DNA of 64,000 bases from an uncultured Gammaproteobacteria bacterium (GCA_963835805.1 CAWIGS010000007.1:19855-83854); one strand, 5' to 3'. Positions 9,640-20,700 are shown, numbered from the stretch's first letter. Made by a program: numbers and translations. The notes: generated by a model from the sequence alone, not told the origin.

Positions 9640-11145
9640 ATGTCGTCCACGACCGCTGCGCAGAGCAAAGCGTTTTCCACCATTTTTCTGATCGAGCTGT
9701 GGGAGCGCTTCGGCTTCTACGGCATGCAGGCGCTGATCGTTTACTACATGGTGCAACGCCTTGGATTCGACGACAGCCACGCCAATGCCATCTGGGGCGC
9801 CGCCTCGGCGCTGATCTACGTGGCGCCGGCGATCGGCGGCTGGGTCGGCGACCGCGTGCTCGGCACACGCCGCACCATGCTCACCGGTGCGGCCATTCTG
9901 GCGCTGGGCTATGCGCTGATCACCTTGCCGACCGAGAACGCGCTGTTCCTGTACTTCTCGCTCAGCGTCATCGTCGTCGGCAACGGCCTGTTCAAACCCA
10001 ATGCCGGCAACCTGGTGCGCAAGATCTACGAGGGCGACGACGCACGCATCGACAGCGCGTTCACCATCTACTACATGGCGGTGAATGTCGGCTCGACGTT
10101 CTCGATGCTGCTCACGCCATGGATCAAGGACTACGTCAATACGCTGTACCACAACGAGTTCGGCTGGCATGCCGCCTTCGGCGTTTGCTGTCTCGGCCTG
10201 CTCGTCGGTCTGGTCAACTACTTCTTCATGCGCGCCGCGGTCGAACACATCGGCTCGGAGCCGGACACGCGCGCGTTCGATGTCAAGCGCTTGCTTGCCG
10301 TGCTCGCCGTTGGCGCGGTGTGCGTGGTAATCGCGGCAATGATCCTGCAGCATCGCGACATCGCGCGCGCCTTCGTCTGGACGGCCGGCGCCGCCATGCT
10401 TTGCATCTTCGGCTACCTGATCGCGACAAGCCACCGCGACGAGCGCGCCGGACTGATCGCAGCCCTGGTGCTGACCATCCAGACCATTTTCTTCTTCATC
10501 TTTTATCAGCAGATGCCGACTTCGCTGGCGCTGTTCGCGTTGCGCAACACGAACTGGGACTGGAGCTTGTTCGGCGTGCATTTGTATACCTGGCTGCCGG
10601 GCCAGTATCAGGCGCTCAATCCGATCTGGATCATGATCCTGTCGCCGATCCTGGCCTTCCTCTACACGCGTGCCGGCAAGCGCGGCAAGGATCTTTCCAT
10701 CGCGGCCAAGTTCGCGCTCGGTTTCGCGATGGTCGCGGCCGGCTATTTCGTCTATGGCATGGCCGGGCTTTATGCCGATGCCGCCGGCAAGGCCTCGACC
10801 TGGGTCTTGATCTGGGGTTATGGCTTGTATTCGCTTGGCGAATTGCTGGTCAGTGGCCTGGGCCTGGCCATGATCGCGCGCTATGTGCCCGCGCGCATGG
10901 GCGGTTTCATGATGGGTGCGTATTTCGTCGGTGTCGGCATTTCGATGTACGCCGGCGGCATCGTCGCCAATTATGCGGCGATCCCGCAAGACGTTACCGA
11001 TCCATTGCAAACCCTGCCGATCTACACCGCGCTGTTCACCAAACTCGGTTATGCCGGCATCGTCTGCACGGTCATCGCCATTGCCGTGCTGCCGCTGATG
11101 AAAAAACTCTCGGCCGCGCACCACCAGTCCAGCAAAAACCAATGA
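9640..11145 (+). CDS. POT/PTR family proton-dependent oligopeptide transporter (DtpA-like)
   Basis: ELWERFGFYG (ExxERFxYY-type motif), GNGLFKPN, FTIYYMAVNVGS, QALNP. Confidence 0.93.
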   Translation: MSSTTAAQSKAFSTIFLIELWERFGFYGMQALIVYYMVQRLGFDDSHANAIWGAASALIYVAPAIGGWVGDRVLGTRRTMLTGAAILALGYALITLPTENALFLYFSLSVIVVGNGLFKPNAGNLVRKIYEGDDARIDSAFTIYYMAVNVGSTFSMLLTPWIKDYVNTLYHNEFGWHAAFGVCCLGLLVGLVNYFFMRAAVEHIGSEPDTRAFDVKRLLAVLAVGAVCVVIAAMILQHRDIARAFVWTAGAAMLCIFGYLIATSHRDERAGLIAALVLTIQTIFFFIFYQQMPTSLALFALRNTNWDWSLFGVHLYTWLPGQYQALNPIWIMILSPILAFLYTRAGKRGKDLSIAAKFALGFAMVAAGYFVYGMAGLYADAAGKASTWVLIWGYGLYSLGELLVSGLGLAMIARYVPARMGGFMMGAYFVGVGISMYAGGIVANYAAIPQDVTDPLQTLPIYTALFTKLGYAGIVCTVIAIAVLPLMKKLSAAHHQSSKNQ

Positions 11146-11195
11146 CCGCGGGCGCCAGTCCCCTTAAGCGATAGTAAGCACCCCGTTGGCCCGCC

Positions 11196-11861
11196 TCACG
11201 GCGGCAGCGGCGAGGAGCCCTCGTCTCCATTGTCGTCGCGCACGAATTGGCGTTTGCTTTCACGGAACGTGTCCGCCCCCGCTGGCTGTTCGCGTATCAG
11301 CTGGGTGAGCTGTTTGCCATCCGGGGACAGCGAGTAGTGTTCTTCGATCAAGCCACCGCCTTCGGGGTGAGTCTGGAGGGTCATTTCCGGGGCGGACCAG
11401 GCCAGCGTGGACTTGCTGCCGGCCGGCGTACCGCTGGTGCGACGATTGTCGAAGCGATAAACCATGCGACGCCCATCGGCGTCGATATCGAACACCACCT
11501 CGGATTGGCGGATGATGAGCGCCTGAGCGTGCAAACGCAAATCCACTGATGCGGTTCCGGTGTTGCCGATACTGCGACCGGCCGCGGAATTCGAGTGCCT
11601 GCCATGTCCGCCCATGCCACCGCCTCTGCCATAACTGCCCATGCCAGCGCCCATGCCACCTCCCCCCATACCGCCGCGACCGCCGCCATGATGGCCGGAC
11701 GGCGCGTTGGAATGATCCGAATCCGGGGCAGCTGGTGTGTCGCTTGTCGACTTGGGACCCCCAACAAGCACCCATGTGCCGCTGAAATCCGCAGGCGCAT
11801 CCGCCAGAACAGGCAAGGGCAAGGCAATGGCAACGGCGAAAATCCAGCAGCGCGTGCGCAT
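11196..11861 (-). CDS. Secreted hypothetical protein with Gly/Met/His-rich insert
   Basis: Signal peptide, ADFSGTWVL (lipocalin-like first strand), GGGRGGMGGGGMG low-complexity tract, [13 protein letters not shown]. Confidence 0.7.
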   Translation of the reverse strand: MRTRCWIFAVAIALPLPVLADAPADFSGTWVLVGGPKSTSDTPAAPDSDHSNAPSGHHGGGRGGMGGGGMGAGMGSYGRGGGMGGHGRHSNSAAGRSIGNTGTASVDLRLHAQALIIRQSEVVFDIDADGRRMVYRFDNRRTSGTPAGSKSTLAWSAPEMTLQTHPEGGGLIEEHYSLSPDGKQLTQLIREQPAGADTFRESKRQFVRDDNGDEGSSPLPP

Positions 11862-11940
11862 GAGATTGGATCCTGGACAGGTAGACCCGGATATCCTAGG
11901 CCTGCGCGATCAAGCCCGCCTTATGCGGGGCGAAAATCCG

Positions 11941-11966
11941 CGTAAGCGAACGTAACCGAATGCAAA
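11941..11966. promoter_or_regulatory. Three CpxR-type direct-repeat half sites
   Basis: GTAAG-cgaac-GTAAC-cgaat-GCAAA at 10-bp periodicity (CpxR consensus GTAAA-N5-GTAAA), in the divergent promoter region. Confidence 0.6.
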
Positions 11967-12038
11967 GCCGACGACGCAGCTGCGCAGTCACCGTATCCTT
12001 GCCCAAATATTCCGCAGTACCGCTGACGATTACCCTCG

Positions 12039-12740
12039 ATGAGCGATAGCAAAATCCTGTTGGCCGACGACGACGAAGAGCTGTGCCAGCTCCTGCGCGA
12101 CTTTCTCGTACGCAACGGTTTCGCAGTGGACATCAGCCACGACGGTGCCGATGCGCTGGTGCGCGCACGCGCGGGCGGCTACGACGCGCTGGTGCTGGAC
12201 GTGATGCTGCCCAGCCACTCGGGCCTTGATCTGCTGCGCGAATTGCGCCGCGAGCAGACCCTGCCGGTGCTGATGCTGACCGCGCTAGGCGAGGACATTG
12301 ACCGCATCCTCGGTCTGGAACTGGGCGCCGACGACTACGTGCCAAAGCCGTGCAATCCGCGCGAAATCGCCGCACGCCTGCGCGCAATCCTGCGCCGCAC
12401 GCGCGGCGACTCCGGCGCCAGCATGGATGATCTGAGCGCCGGACCGGTGCACCTGCGCGCCACGTCGCGCAGCGCCACCTTGCGCGGGGAGACTCTGCCG
12501 CTCACCGGAACCGAGTTCAACATCCTTGCCGTACTGCTGCGCGAAGCCGGCCACGTAGTCAGCAAGGAAACTCTGTCGCTGGACGTGTTGGGCCGCCCGC
12601 TCGGACCGTTCGACCGCAGCATCGATGTGCACATCTCCAAGTTGCGGCGCAAGCTCGGCAATGCCGCGGACGGCCAGTCGCTGATCGGAACCGTGCACCG
12701 CGGCGGTTACGTGTTCCGCGTCGTGGACGAGAAAACATGA
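12039..12740 (+). CDS. OmpR-family response regulator (CpxR-like)
   Basis: ADDD, LDVMLP, PVLMLTALG, GLELGADDYVPKP, FDRSIDVHISKLRRKL. Confidence 0.92.
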   Translation: MSDSKILLADDDEELCQLLRDFLVRNGFAVDISHDGADALVRARAGGYDALVLDVMLPSHSGLDLLRELRREQTLPVLMLTALGEDIDRILGLELGADDYVPKPCNPREIAARLRAILRRTRGDSGASMDDLSAGPVHLRATSRSATLRGETLPLTGTEFNILAVLLREAGHVVSKETLSLDVLGRPLGPFDRSIDVHISKLRRKLGNAADGQSLIGTVHRGGYVFRVVDEKT

Positions 12741-12866
12741 TGCAAGACCGGGCCTCCTGCCGCGGCTTGCATGAAAACGGTCGCGGCCAGGTCGCGCCAC
12801 GTTTGCCGAAACGACTGCGGGCGCAGCCGCTCCGCCCGCGCATCCCTGCGCGAGGAGCTTGCTGAC

Positions 12867-14204
12867 ATGCGCAGATTGTTCTGGCGTATCTTCGCCGCGC
12901 TGTGGCTGGTCAGCGTCAGCGTCATCGTCGTGCTGTCGTGGACCACGACCAGCCATTTCGAGACCTCGAAAATACCCGGTCTTGGCATCACGCGCATGCA
13001 GGCGGCGATGGACGATCAACTCGTGCGTACCGCGATCGAGTTGCGCCATCGCGGCGTTGACGGACTGCGCCAGTGGTTGGCAAGCTCGGCCGGTTACGGG
13101 CCGGGCGCGCTGTACGTCGTGGATGCACAGGGCCGCGAACTGCTCGGCCGCGCCCTGCCCGAACAGGCGCAGGCAGCCTTGACGGCCGCCCCTGATGCGC
13201 CCGTGCCCGAGCGCGTGCGTGTGCGCACGATCCACACACGCGACGGCCCCGAATATCGTGCCGTGGCCGTGTTCGGCGGCTCGTTCCTGACCCGCCTTAT
13301 CTGGCGCCGACCGGCCGCGTTCTGGGGCGACATCGGCATCGCCATGCTGATCTGTGCGCTGGCCAGCGCCCTGCTCGCCTCGTATGTCTCCGCGCCGCTG
13401 GCGCGCATCCGCGCCAGTGCGCGCCGCGTCGCTCGCGGCGACCTGTCCGCGCGCGTGGGCGAGGTGCGCTTCGGGCGCAGTGCCGAAGTGCTCGCACTGG
13501 CGCAGGAATTCGACCGCATGGCGGCGCGACTGAAGGATCTGGTCGACGGCCAGCGCCGCCTGATCCGCGACGTTTCGCACGAGATGCGCTCGCCGCTGTC
13601 GCGCCTGCGTGTTGCGCTGGAACTGGCGCGCACGCAAACCGACACGGCCGCGCAACTGGACCGCATCGAACGCGAAGCGCTGCGCCTTGAAGAAATGATC
13701 GCGCAGGCAATCCAGCTCTCGCGCATGGAAACCACGCTGCCGGAAAAAACCGAAGCGGTGGCATTCGACGAACTCGTCGCCGACATCGCCGCCGATGCCG
13801 CGTTCGAGGCGCAGGCGCGGCCGTGTCGGTTGCGCATCGCGCAAAGCGTGCCGCTCAGCGTGCGCGCCGAGCCCGAGCTGCTCGCCAGCGCAGTCGAAAA
13901 CGTGGTGCGCAACGCCGTACGCTACACCGCGCCGGAGAGCGAAGTGGACCTGCGCCTGGACCGCGTCGAAGGACAAGCCCGGCTGCGCGTGCGCGATATG
14001 GGCCATGGCGTCGACGCGGCAGATTGCGCGCGCATCTTCGAACCGTTCTTCCGTACCGATGCCGCGCGCCAGCGCAAGAGCGGCGGCAGCGGCCTGGGCT
14101 TGGCCATCGCCAAGCGCGCGATCGAGCGTCAGGGCGGCCGCATTCGCGCGGTCAATGCCGACGGCGGCGGGCTGGAAGTGGAAATCCTGCTGCCGCTGGT
14201 CTGA
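12867..14204 (+). CDS. HAMP sensor histidine kinase (CpxA-like)
   Basis: MRRLFWRIF, two TM segments, [13 protein letters not shown] (H box), [28 protein letters not shown] before ATG 12867. Confidence 0.92.
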   Translation: MRRLFWRIFAALWLVSVSVIVVLSWTTTSHFETSKIPGLGITRMQAAMDDQLVRTAIELRHRGVDGLRQWLASSAGYGPGALYVVDAQGRELLGRALPEQAQAALTAAPDAPVPERVRVRTIHTRDGPEYRAVAVFGGSFLTRLIWRRPAAFWGDIGIAMLICALASALLASYVSAPLARIRASARRVARGDLSARVGEVRFGRSAEVLALAQEFDRMAARLKDLVDGQRRLIRDVSHEMRSPLSRLRVALELARTQTDTAAQLDRIEREALRLEEMIAQAIQLSRMETTLPEKTEAVAFDELVADIAADAAFEAQARPCRLRIAQSVPLSVRAEPELLASAVENVVRNAVRYTAPESEVDLRLDRVEGQARLRVRDMGHGVDAADCARIFEPFFRTDAARQRKSGGSGLGLAIAKRAIERQGGRIRAVNADGGGLEVEILLPLV

Positions 14205-14257
14205 CATCCGCACGCGGAAACGCCGATCCCGTCTGGAAAATCTGGCAGAATGCCGGC

Positions 14258-15215
14258 ATGGAACGTCTTACCGCCCACGATCTGTTCGACAAAATCAATC
14301 AGCGTCTCGCCCTGCGCTGGGTTGCCGGGCAGCGCGGCGAACACCGCGCCATCGTGCCGGCGGAAAAACAGCCGCGGCGGCCGTCGCTGGCCGGCTATCT
14401 GAACATCATCTATCCGAACAAGATCCAGATCATCGGCACCGAGGAATTGTCCTGGCTGGATGGCCTGGATTCGCGCCAGCGCTGGGAGATGGTCGAGAAG
14501 ATCATGGGCTTCCAGCCGACTGCGCTGATCCTGACCAAGGATCAATCCGTGCCTGCCGATCTGCGCGACGCCGCCAACGAATCCGCTACGCCGGTGTGGG
14601 TGAGCAGCCTGCGTGGCCACGAACTGCTCACCTACCTGCAATATCACCTGGCACGCATGCTGGCGCGACGCGTGACCTTGCATGGCGTGTTGATGGAGGT
14701 GTACTCGATCGGCGTGCTGATCACCGGCGAATCGGGCTCGGGCAAGAGCGAGCTGGCGCTGGAACTGATTACCCGCGGCCATCGTCTGGTTGCCGACGAC
14801 GCGCCGGAATTCACCCAGATCGCGCCAGACGTGATCGACGGCTCGTGTCCGGAAATACTGCAGGATCTGCTCGAAGTGCGCGGCCTGGGGATACTCAACG
14901 TGCGCGAGATGTTCGGCCATACGGCGGTAAAGCCGTCCAAATACCTGCGCCTGATCGTGCACCTGGCGCTGCTGCCGCGCGATCAACCGATCGATCAGGG
15001 CGGCCTCGAACGCATCTATCGGCGACAACAGTTACCGCGAGGTGCTCGACACGCGGATTCCGCAAACCACGATTCCGGTCGCACCCGGCCGCAACCTTGC
15101 CGTGCTGGTCGAAGCCGCCGTGCGCAACCATGTGCTGAAAACCAAGGGCATCGACCCGGCGCAGACCTTCCTCGACCGCCAGGCGCACCAGATGCGGCGA
15201 CAGGCACCGTGGTGA
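14258..15215 (+). CDS. hprK: HPr kinase/phosphorylase, apparent +1 frameshift near 15018
   Basis: [51 protein letters not shown]; after the shift [19 protein letters not shown]...RQAPW*. Confidence 0.9.
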
Positions 15216-15235
15216 AGTGATCGCGTGTTCCTGAC

Positions 15236-16126
15236 ATGGCTTCCCTTTCCGATAACATCATCCACCCAACCGGCACGATCAAGCTGCTCATCGTCAGCGG
15301 CATGTCAGGCTCGGGCAAGACGATTGCCCTGCGCGCGCTGGAAGATCTGGATTACTACTGCGTCGACAATCTGCCCGGCGCGCTGCTGCCGGCCTTCGTC
15401 GCCGAGGTCGCGCGCGCCGGCGTGCATCAGCGCCTGGCGGTGGGTATCGACGTGCGCAATCGCCCGCACGACCTGAATCAGTTGCCGGCGATTCTGGCCG
15501 AGCTCGCGCAACGCGGCATCGAGCATCAACTGATTTTTCTGGATGCGCGCGACGATGTCCTGTTCAAGCGTTATTCGGATACGCGCCGGCGCCATCCACT
15601 GACCGGCGAAGGCGTTTCGCTCAGCGACGCGATCGTGCGCGAACGCAAACTGCTTGAGCCCGTCGCCGCGATCGCCGAACGGACTATCGACACGGGCGAT
15701 CTGAACGTGCACCAGTTGCGCCGTCTGATCGCCACCGAACTGGGCATGGCGGGCGGACCGCTGTCACTGCTGTTCGAATCCTTCGCCTACAGGCGCGGCG
15801 TGCCGGCTGATGCGGACTTCGTCTTCGACGCGCGCTGCCTGCCCAATCCACACTGGGAAACGCCGTTGCGGCCGCTGTCCGGACGTGACCCGGCGGTTCG
15901 CGCATGGCTGGAAGGCAAACCCGAAGTCATCCAGTACCTCGATCAGGTTCGCGATTTTCTCGACGCGTGGCTGCCACGCTTCGAGGCGGACAACCGCTCG
16001 TACGTGACCATCTGCGTCGGCTGCACCGGTGGCCGCCATCGTTCGGTATACCTTGCCGAGCGTCTGGCCGCGCACTTCCGTGCTACGCGCGATCAGGTGC
16101 TCACGTTTCACCGGGAGCTGGAATGA
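15236..16126 (+). CDS. rapZ: RNase adapter RapZ
   Basis: VSGMSGSGKT, YYCVDNLP, DFVFDARCLPNPHW, GCTGGRHRSVY. Confidence 0.95.
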   Translation: MASLSDNIIHPTGTIKLLIVSGMSGSGKTIALRALEDLDYYCVDNLPGALLPAFVAEVARAGVHQRLAVGIDVRNRPHDLNQLPAILAELAQRGIEHQLIFLDARDDVLFKRYSDTRRRHPLTGEGVSLSDAIVRERKLLEPVAAIAERTIDTGDLNVHQLRRLIATELGMAGGPLSLLFESFAYRRGVPADADFVFDARCLPNPHWETPLRPLSGRDPAVRAWLEGKPEVIQYLDQVRDFLDAWLPRFEADNRSYVTICVGCTGGRHRSVYLAERLAAHFRATRDQVLTFHRELE

Positions 16127-16512
16127 GCGTCGGTATACTTTTGCTCACGCACGAGGCCATGGGCGACGCGATGATCGCCACCGCACGTCACATTCTCGGC
16201 CGCATTCCGCTGCCGCTCGAAGCGCTCGCCGTGCCGCCGGGTAGCGATGTCGACGCCGCGCTGCGCCAGGCCGCCGCGAGCGTGCGCCGGCTCGATGAGG
16301 GCGAAGGCGTACTGGTGCTCGCGGACGTCTACGGCGCGACGCCGAGCAATGTCGCACAACGGTTGCCGGGACTGGGACTGGATATCCGTCGCGTCTCCGG
16401 CCTGAACCTGCCGATGCTGCTGCGCGTGCTCAATTATCCGGAACAGAATCTGGCCGAACTGGCGCAGACCGCGGCAAATGGCGGCCGAGCGGGAATCGTC
16501 GAACATGGTTGA
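16123..16512 (+). CDS. PTS EIIA component, mannose/fructose type
   Basis: MSVGILLLTH, DVYGATPSN, VSGLNLPMLLR. ATG overlaps the rapZ stop (ATGA). Confidence 0.9.
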   Translation: MSVGILLLTHEAMGDAMIATARHILGRIPLPLEALAVPPGSDVDAALRQAAASVRRLDEGEGVLVLADVYGATPSNVAQRLPGLGLDIRRVSGLNLPMLLRVLNYPEQNLAELAQTAANGGRAGIVEHG

Positions 16513-16774
16513 GCGCGAAATCGCCATCAGCAACAAACTCGGCCTGCATGCGCGGGCCTCGGCCAAGCTGGTGCAACTGCTGCAAGGATTCCAGGCCGAC
16601 GCCTGGCTGATCCATCGCGGCCGTGAAGTCAACGCCAAGAGCATCATGGGCGTGATGATGCTGGCCGCCGGTGTCGGCAGCCCGATCACGCTGCGCACCC
16701 GTGGTGCCGACGAAGCCGCTGCGCTGGAGGCGATGGCGAAGCTGTTCGCACGCAAGTTCGACGAGGGCGCGTGA
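16505..16774 (+). CDS. ptsH: Phosphocarrier protein HPr
   Basis: NKLGLHARASAK (His15 motif), NAKSIMGVMMLAA (Ser46 motif). Confidence 0.93.
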   Translation: MVEREIAISNKLGLHARASAKLVQLLQGFQADAWLIHRGREVNAKSIMGVMMLAAGVGSPITLRTRGADEAAALEAMAKLFARKFDEGA

Positions 16775-18508
16775 GCACGCGTTTCGTCATCGCTGGAACC
16801 GGCGCCGCGCGGGGTATGGCGCTGGGCCGTGCGCGCCTGGTGCAACCGAGCCAGATCCGCATCGACGAGCGCCCGCTCGCGGAAGACGAAATCGAAAACG
16901 AGGTCGAGCGTCTGCGCACCGCGCTGGCGCAGGCCCGCGAGGAACTCAAGCAGTTGCGCGACAAGCTGCAGGGTGCGCTCGCGCGCGAGGTCGGCGAATT
17001 CATCGATGCGCATAGTCTCATTCTCGACGATCCCGAACTGACCGCAGGTTTGTACGACCTGATCCGCAAGGGCCGCTATCGCGCCGGCATGGCGCTGAAG
17101 CTGCAACGCGATCGTCTCACCGCCGCGTTCGAAGCAATCGACGATCCTTATCTGCGCAGCCGCCGCGAGGACGTGGATCACGTCATCGGCCGCGTGCAGG
17201 GCGTGCTCAACCGCGACACCACGCCGGCCGAACGCCAGATCGCCTCGCGCGTCGGCACCATCCTGATCGGCGACGCGATCGCACCGGCGGAAGTGGCGCA
17301 CCTGACCGAACACGGCGTGCTCGGTCTCGTCACCACCGGCGGCAGTGCGTTGTCGCACAGCGCGATTCTGGCGCGCAGCTTGCGCCTGCCGATGGTGGTC
17401 GGCGCGCGCGAGGCGCTCGAACGCCTGAGCGATGACGATTTGCTGCTGATCGACGGTGGTTCCGGCGAGATCGTGGTGCATCCGACCGCGCAGGATCTGG
17501 CCCGCTACCGCCAGTTCCAGCGCGAACAGGCGCGCAATCTCGATGTGCTGGCGCGCTTCAAGCACGCACCCTCGCACACGGCCGATGGTATACATATCCA
17601 CTTGTTCGCCAACGCCGAGATGCCGGCGGATCTGGCCCAGGCGCGCGCCTGCGGCGCCGAGGGCGTAGGCCTGTACCGCACCGAATTCCTGTTCCTGCAA
17701 CGGCGTGAGCTGCCGACCGAGGAAGAACAGTTCGCAGCCTGCCGCGATGTGGTGCTGGCCATGGCCGGGGCGCCGGTGACGATCCGCACCCTCGATCTGG
17801 GCGCCGACAAGGCCGACGCGACCGGTCTCGCACTGGCGGCCGAGCCCAACCCCGCGCTCGGCGTGCGTGGCGTGCGCCTGGCATTGCGCCGGCCCGAGGT
17901 GTTCGGCACCCAGTTGCGCGCGATCCTGCGCGCGAGCGCGTTCGGACCGGTGCGCATCCTCGTGCCGATGGTTACCGGGGTCGAAGAAGTGACCGCGGTG
18001 CGCGGCCTGCTCGAGCAATGCGCACGCGACCTGCGCAGTGCCGGCCACGAGATCGCCGATCATTTCGAGCTCGGCGCAATGATCGAGGTGCCCGCCGCAG
18101 TGCTCACGCTGTCGACCCTGATCCGACATCTGGATTTCATCGCCATCGGCACCAACGATCTGACCCAGTACACGCTTGCCGTCGACCGCAACAACGATGC
18201 GCTCGGCGAGTTGTACGATCCCCTGCATCCGGCCATGCTCAAGTTGCTCGCGCAGATCATCGCGCATCGGCGTGCGCACGAAAAAAGCGGTCACGTTGTG
18301 CGGCGAGATGGCCGGCGACATGCGCTGTACCGCGCTGCTGCTCGCGCTCGGCCTGACCGGCTTTTCCATGCACCCGGGTTCCCTGCTGGAAGTGCGTCAG
18401 GCCATCGCCGGCTGCGATCACGCCAGGCTGCGCAAGCTCGCGCCGCGCCTGTTGCGCGCACAGACGCGCGCAGGAATCGAGCGGGTTCTCGCGACTGCCA
18501 CGAAGTGA
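16771..18508 (+). CDS. ptsI: PTS Enzyme I, apparent +1 frameshift near 18265
   Basis: SHSAILARSL (phospho-His), GLYRTEFLF, RTLDLGADK, FIAIGTNDLTQY. The true C-terminus, VTLCGEMAGD...GFSMHP, lies in the 18176..18508 frame. Confidence 0.9.
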
Positions 18509-19920
18509 ATTCTGCACCCCGATCGCGGCGTGACCATGCAAGCGCGTACGCGGCGGTGCGTCGGTTGGCATCCGCCGCTGTGCCGCAGTACCTGTTCGAA
18601 AACCCGTACTGGTTTTTTCTGGTCGCGTTGGCGCTGGCGCTGCCGCTGATCCTGAATCCGGGCTATTTCAGTCACGACGAGTTGCAATGGCTGGCATTCG
18701 CCGACCAGCCCTCGTTTGCCCGGATGCCATGGAGTGCGTGGTTTGATTTCACTCCGTTCCAGTATCGACCGCTGACATTCAATCTGTGGCAGCTGCTGTC
18801 GCATTATTTCGGCTATAAGCCGATCCTGATGCATCTGTTGCGCGCGCTGTTCGGCATCGCTGCGGCGGTATTGCTGCGTGAGGTGTTGATCCGGTTCGGG
18901 ACTACGCCGCGCCGCGCCGCGCTGGCATGCTGGATTTTTCTGCTCACTCCATACGCGATCTACACCAATGCCTGGACCGCCACTTTTGGCGATTCGTTGT
19001 GCCTGGTTTTCCAGCTGCTCGCATTGCGTTACTTGCTGGTGCAGCCCGCGCAGGCGATCAGCGGGATGCAAGCCGCCTTGCGCGCCCTGCCGGTCGCCGC
19101 ACTGACTGCGCTCGCACTGATGAGCAAGGAATCGGCGATCGTTTTCCCGGCCGCGCTGTTGATCCTGCTCGTGCACCGCCGCGACCGTGTCGTTGCCGCG
19201 GCGATTGTGGCTTCGGCATTTATCGTCGCGATTTACCTGTGCCTGCGCATGCAAACGATTCTGTTTCCGCCGCATGCCGCGAGCGGCTATGCCTGGAGCG
19301 TGGCGAATATCCCACAGCGTCTGGCCGAATACGCGGTGTTTCCGTTTCTTGTCGGGCATTTCGAGGTGATTGCCGCGCACACGCATCTGACCAATACCGG
19401 AGCCCTGATCTGCCTTGCCCTGCTCATCGCCGCAATCGCCGACGCCGGCTGGCGGCGCTTCGCCGTTTTCGTTTTGGGCTTTGCCGCAGCGTTGGGCCCG
19501 GTGCTGATTCTTGATATGAGCGCCAATCAATACGCCTATCTCGCCGGCGCCTGGGTCTGCGCATTCGTGGCGTGGACATGGCCACGCCTCACACGGCCTG
19601 CGCGCATGCTACTCGTGGTTCCCGTTCTTGCCGTGCTGGTGCATGGCTATCAGCAAACTCGCGAAATCCGTCATATCGGCCGGATTCAACAGCATCTCTA
19701 CCAGGACCTGCCGCGGGTTCTGGCGAATGCGCACGCGCCGATCCGGATCAAGGCGCAGCAGCGCGGAGACGATTTCATCCTGCAACGGCTGCTGCACGAC
19801 ATCCCGAGCTACCGGCACATGCCGATCGGCCACCGCGTAGCCATGATCCCCTTCGCGGATGGCAATTCGAAACCGGATTTCGTGATGTCCGGCGGCGGGC
19901 GTCTGCTGCCAGTCCGCTAA
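18505..19920 (+). CDS. Polytopic membrane protein, probable GT-C (GtrII-like) glycosyltransferase
   Basis: GTG overlaps the ptsI stop. GYFSHDELQW, QYRPLTF, ALMSKESA and about 10 hydrophobic segments; start uncertain. Confidence 0.65.
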   Translation: MNSAPRSRRDHASAYAAVRRLASAAVPQYLFENPYWFFLVALALALPLILNPGYFSHDELQWLAFADQPSFARMPWSAWFDFTPFQYRPLTFNLWQLLSHYFGYKPILMHLLRALFGIAAAVLLREVLIRFGTTPRRAALACWIFLLTPYAIYTNAWTATFGDSLCLVFQLLALRYLLVQPAQAISGMQAALRALPVAALTALALMSKESAIVFPAALLILLVHRRDRVVAAAIVASAFIVAIYLCLRMQTILFPPHAASGYAWSVANIPQRLAEYAVFPFLVGHFEVIAAHTHLTNTGALICLALLIAAIADAGWRRFAVFVLGFAAALGPVLILDMSANQYAYLAGAWVCAFVAWTWPRLTRPARMLLVVPVLAVLVHGYQQTREIRHIGRIQQHLYQDLPRVLANAHAPIRIKAQQRGDDFILQRLLHDIPSYRHMPIGHRVAMIPFADGNSKPDFVMSGGGRLLPVR

Positions 19921-19986
19921 ATCGTGGTCTTTACATCCATGCGATTCAGCAACCGCGGCCGTGCCGCAGAACGAGCGCGCTCAGGA

Positions 19987-20700
19987 TCACGCGCGCGCGG
20001 CAACGCAGAAAGCAGTCAGGCCAAACCAGCGATTGCGCCCGATCAACTTCAGTTCCGCAATGCACAGGGCATTGAGCAGCCAGTTTACCGGCCGTGAGTG
20101 CAGCTTTATGTCGGACGCCGGCTGCACGGTGCCACCCAGCAACTTGCGCGGCAAACGCAACAGCATCGCCATTGGGAACACGGCCGCGAAGAAATACGTG
20201 CTGTGCCGAATGCGCAAACCCGCCGCCTCGACCACGCGCTCAAGCGCAGCGAGCGTATAGCGGCGCTTGTGTTCCAGAAACACATCGTGTCCACTCCACA
20301 TGAACTGGAATGCCGGCACCGAAATCAGGAAAGTCGCCCGCTCGGCAGCCTTACCCACTGTATCGCGCAGCAAACCAACATCGTCGTCGACATGTTCGAG
20401 TACGTCCATCAGCAGGACCAGATCTGCGTCCACCGGCCCGGTGGCGCGGAGAAAATGAATACTTTTCCCATTCTCCACAATGTCGCTATCTTCAGGATAA
20501 TTGGGATCGACACACCACGCCTCGCTGGCCGCCGAATGGGCCAGCAGATGCCGCGAAAAGAAGCCTGAGCCCGCACCGATATCGAGCAGCTTGTGCGACC
20601 GCACGCCGCGCAACAGCCGTTCGACGGCTCGCGCCTTGCTGCGGTAATACCAGTGGTCGTCCGCGTTTGCGCCGAGCTGGGCGCGTTCCTTGATGTCCAT
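19987..20700 (-). CDS. Class I SAM-dependent methyltransferase
   Basis: MDIKE...HWYYRSK, LLDIGAGSGFFS, LMDVLEHVDDD, SVPAFQFMWSGHDVFLEHKRRY. Confidence 0.88.
   Translation of the reverse strand: MDIKERAQLGANADDHWYYRSKARAVERLLRGVRSHKLLDIGAGSGFFSRHLLAHSAASEAWCVDPNYPEDSDIVENGKSIHFLRATGPVDADLVLLMDVLEHVDDDVGLLRDTVGKAAERATFLISVPAFQFMWSGHDVFLEHKRRYTLAALERVVEAAGLRIRHSTYFFAAVFPMAMLLRLPRKLLGGTVQPASDIKLHSRPVNWLLNALCIAELKLIGRNRWFGLTAFCVAARA

Noticed and set aside
12740-12866. Unusually long gap with a weak hairpin (ATGCAAG...CTTGCAT) between the Cpx-like regulator and kinase
   Set aside because: Could be a decayed repeat, but there is no second copy in the window and the stem is short.
16771-19920. Apparent 1049-aa fusion of PTS Enzyme I to a polytopic membrane protein
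   Set aside because: A single extra base near 18265 shifts the frame. The genuine EI C-terminus with the catalytic CGEMAG ends at 18508 and the membrane gene starts at the overlapping GTG 18505. Artefact unless reads confirm the indel.
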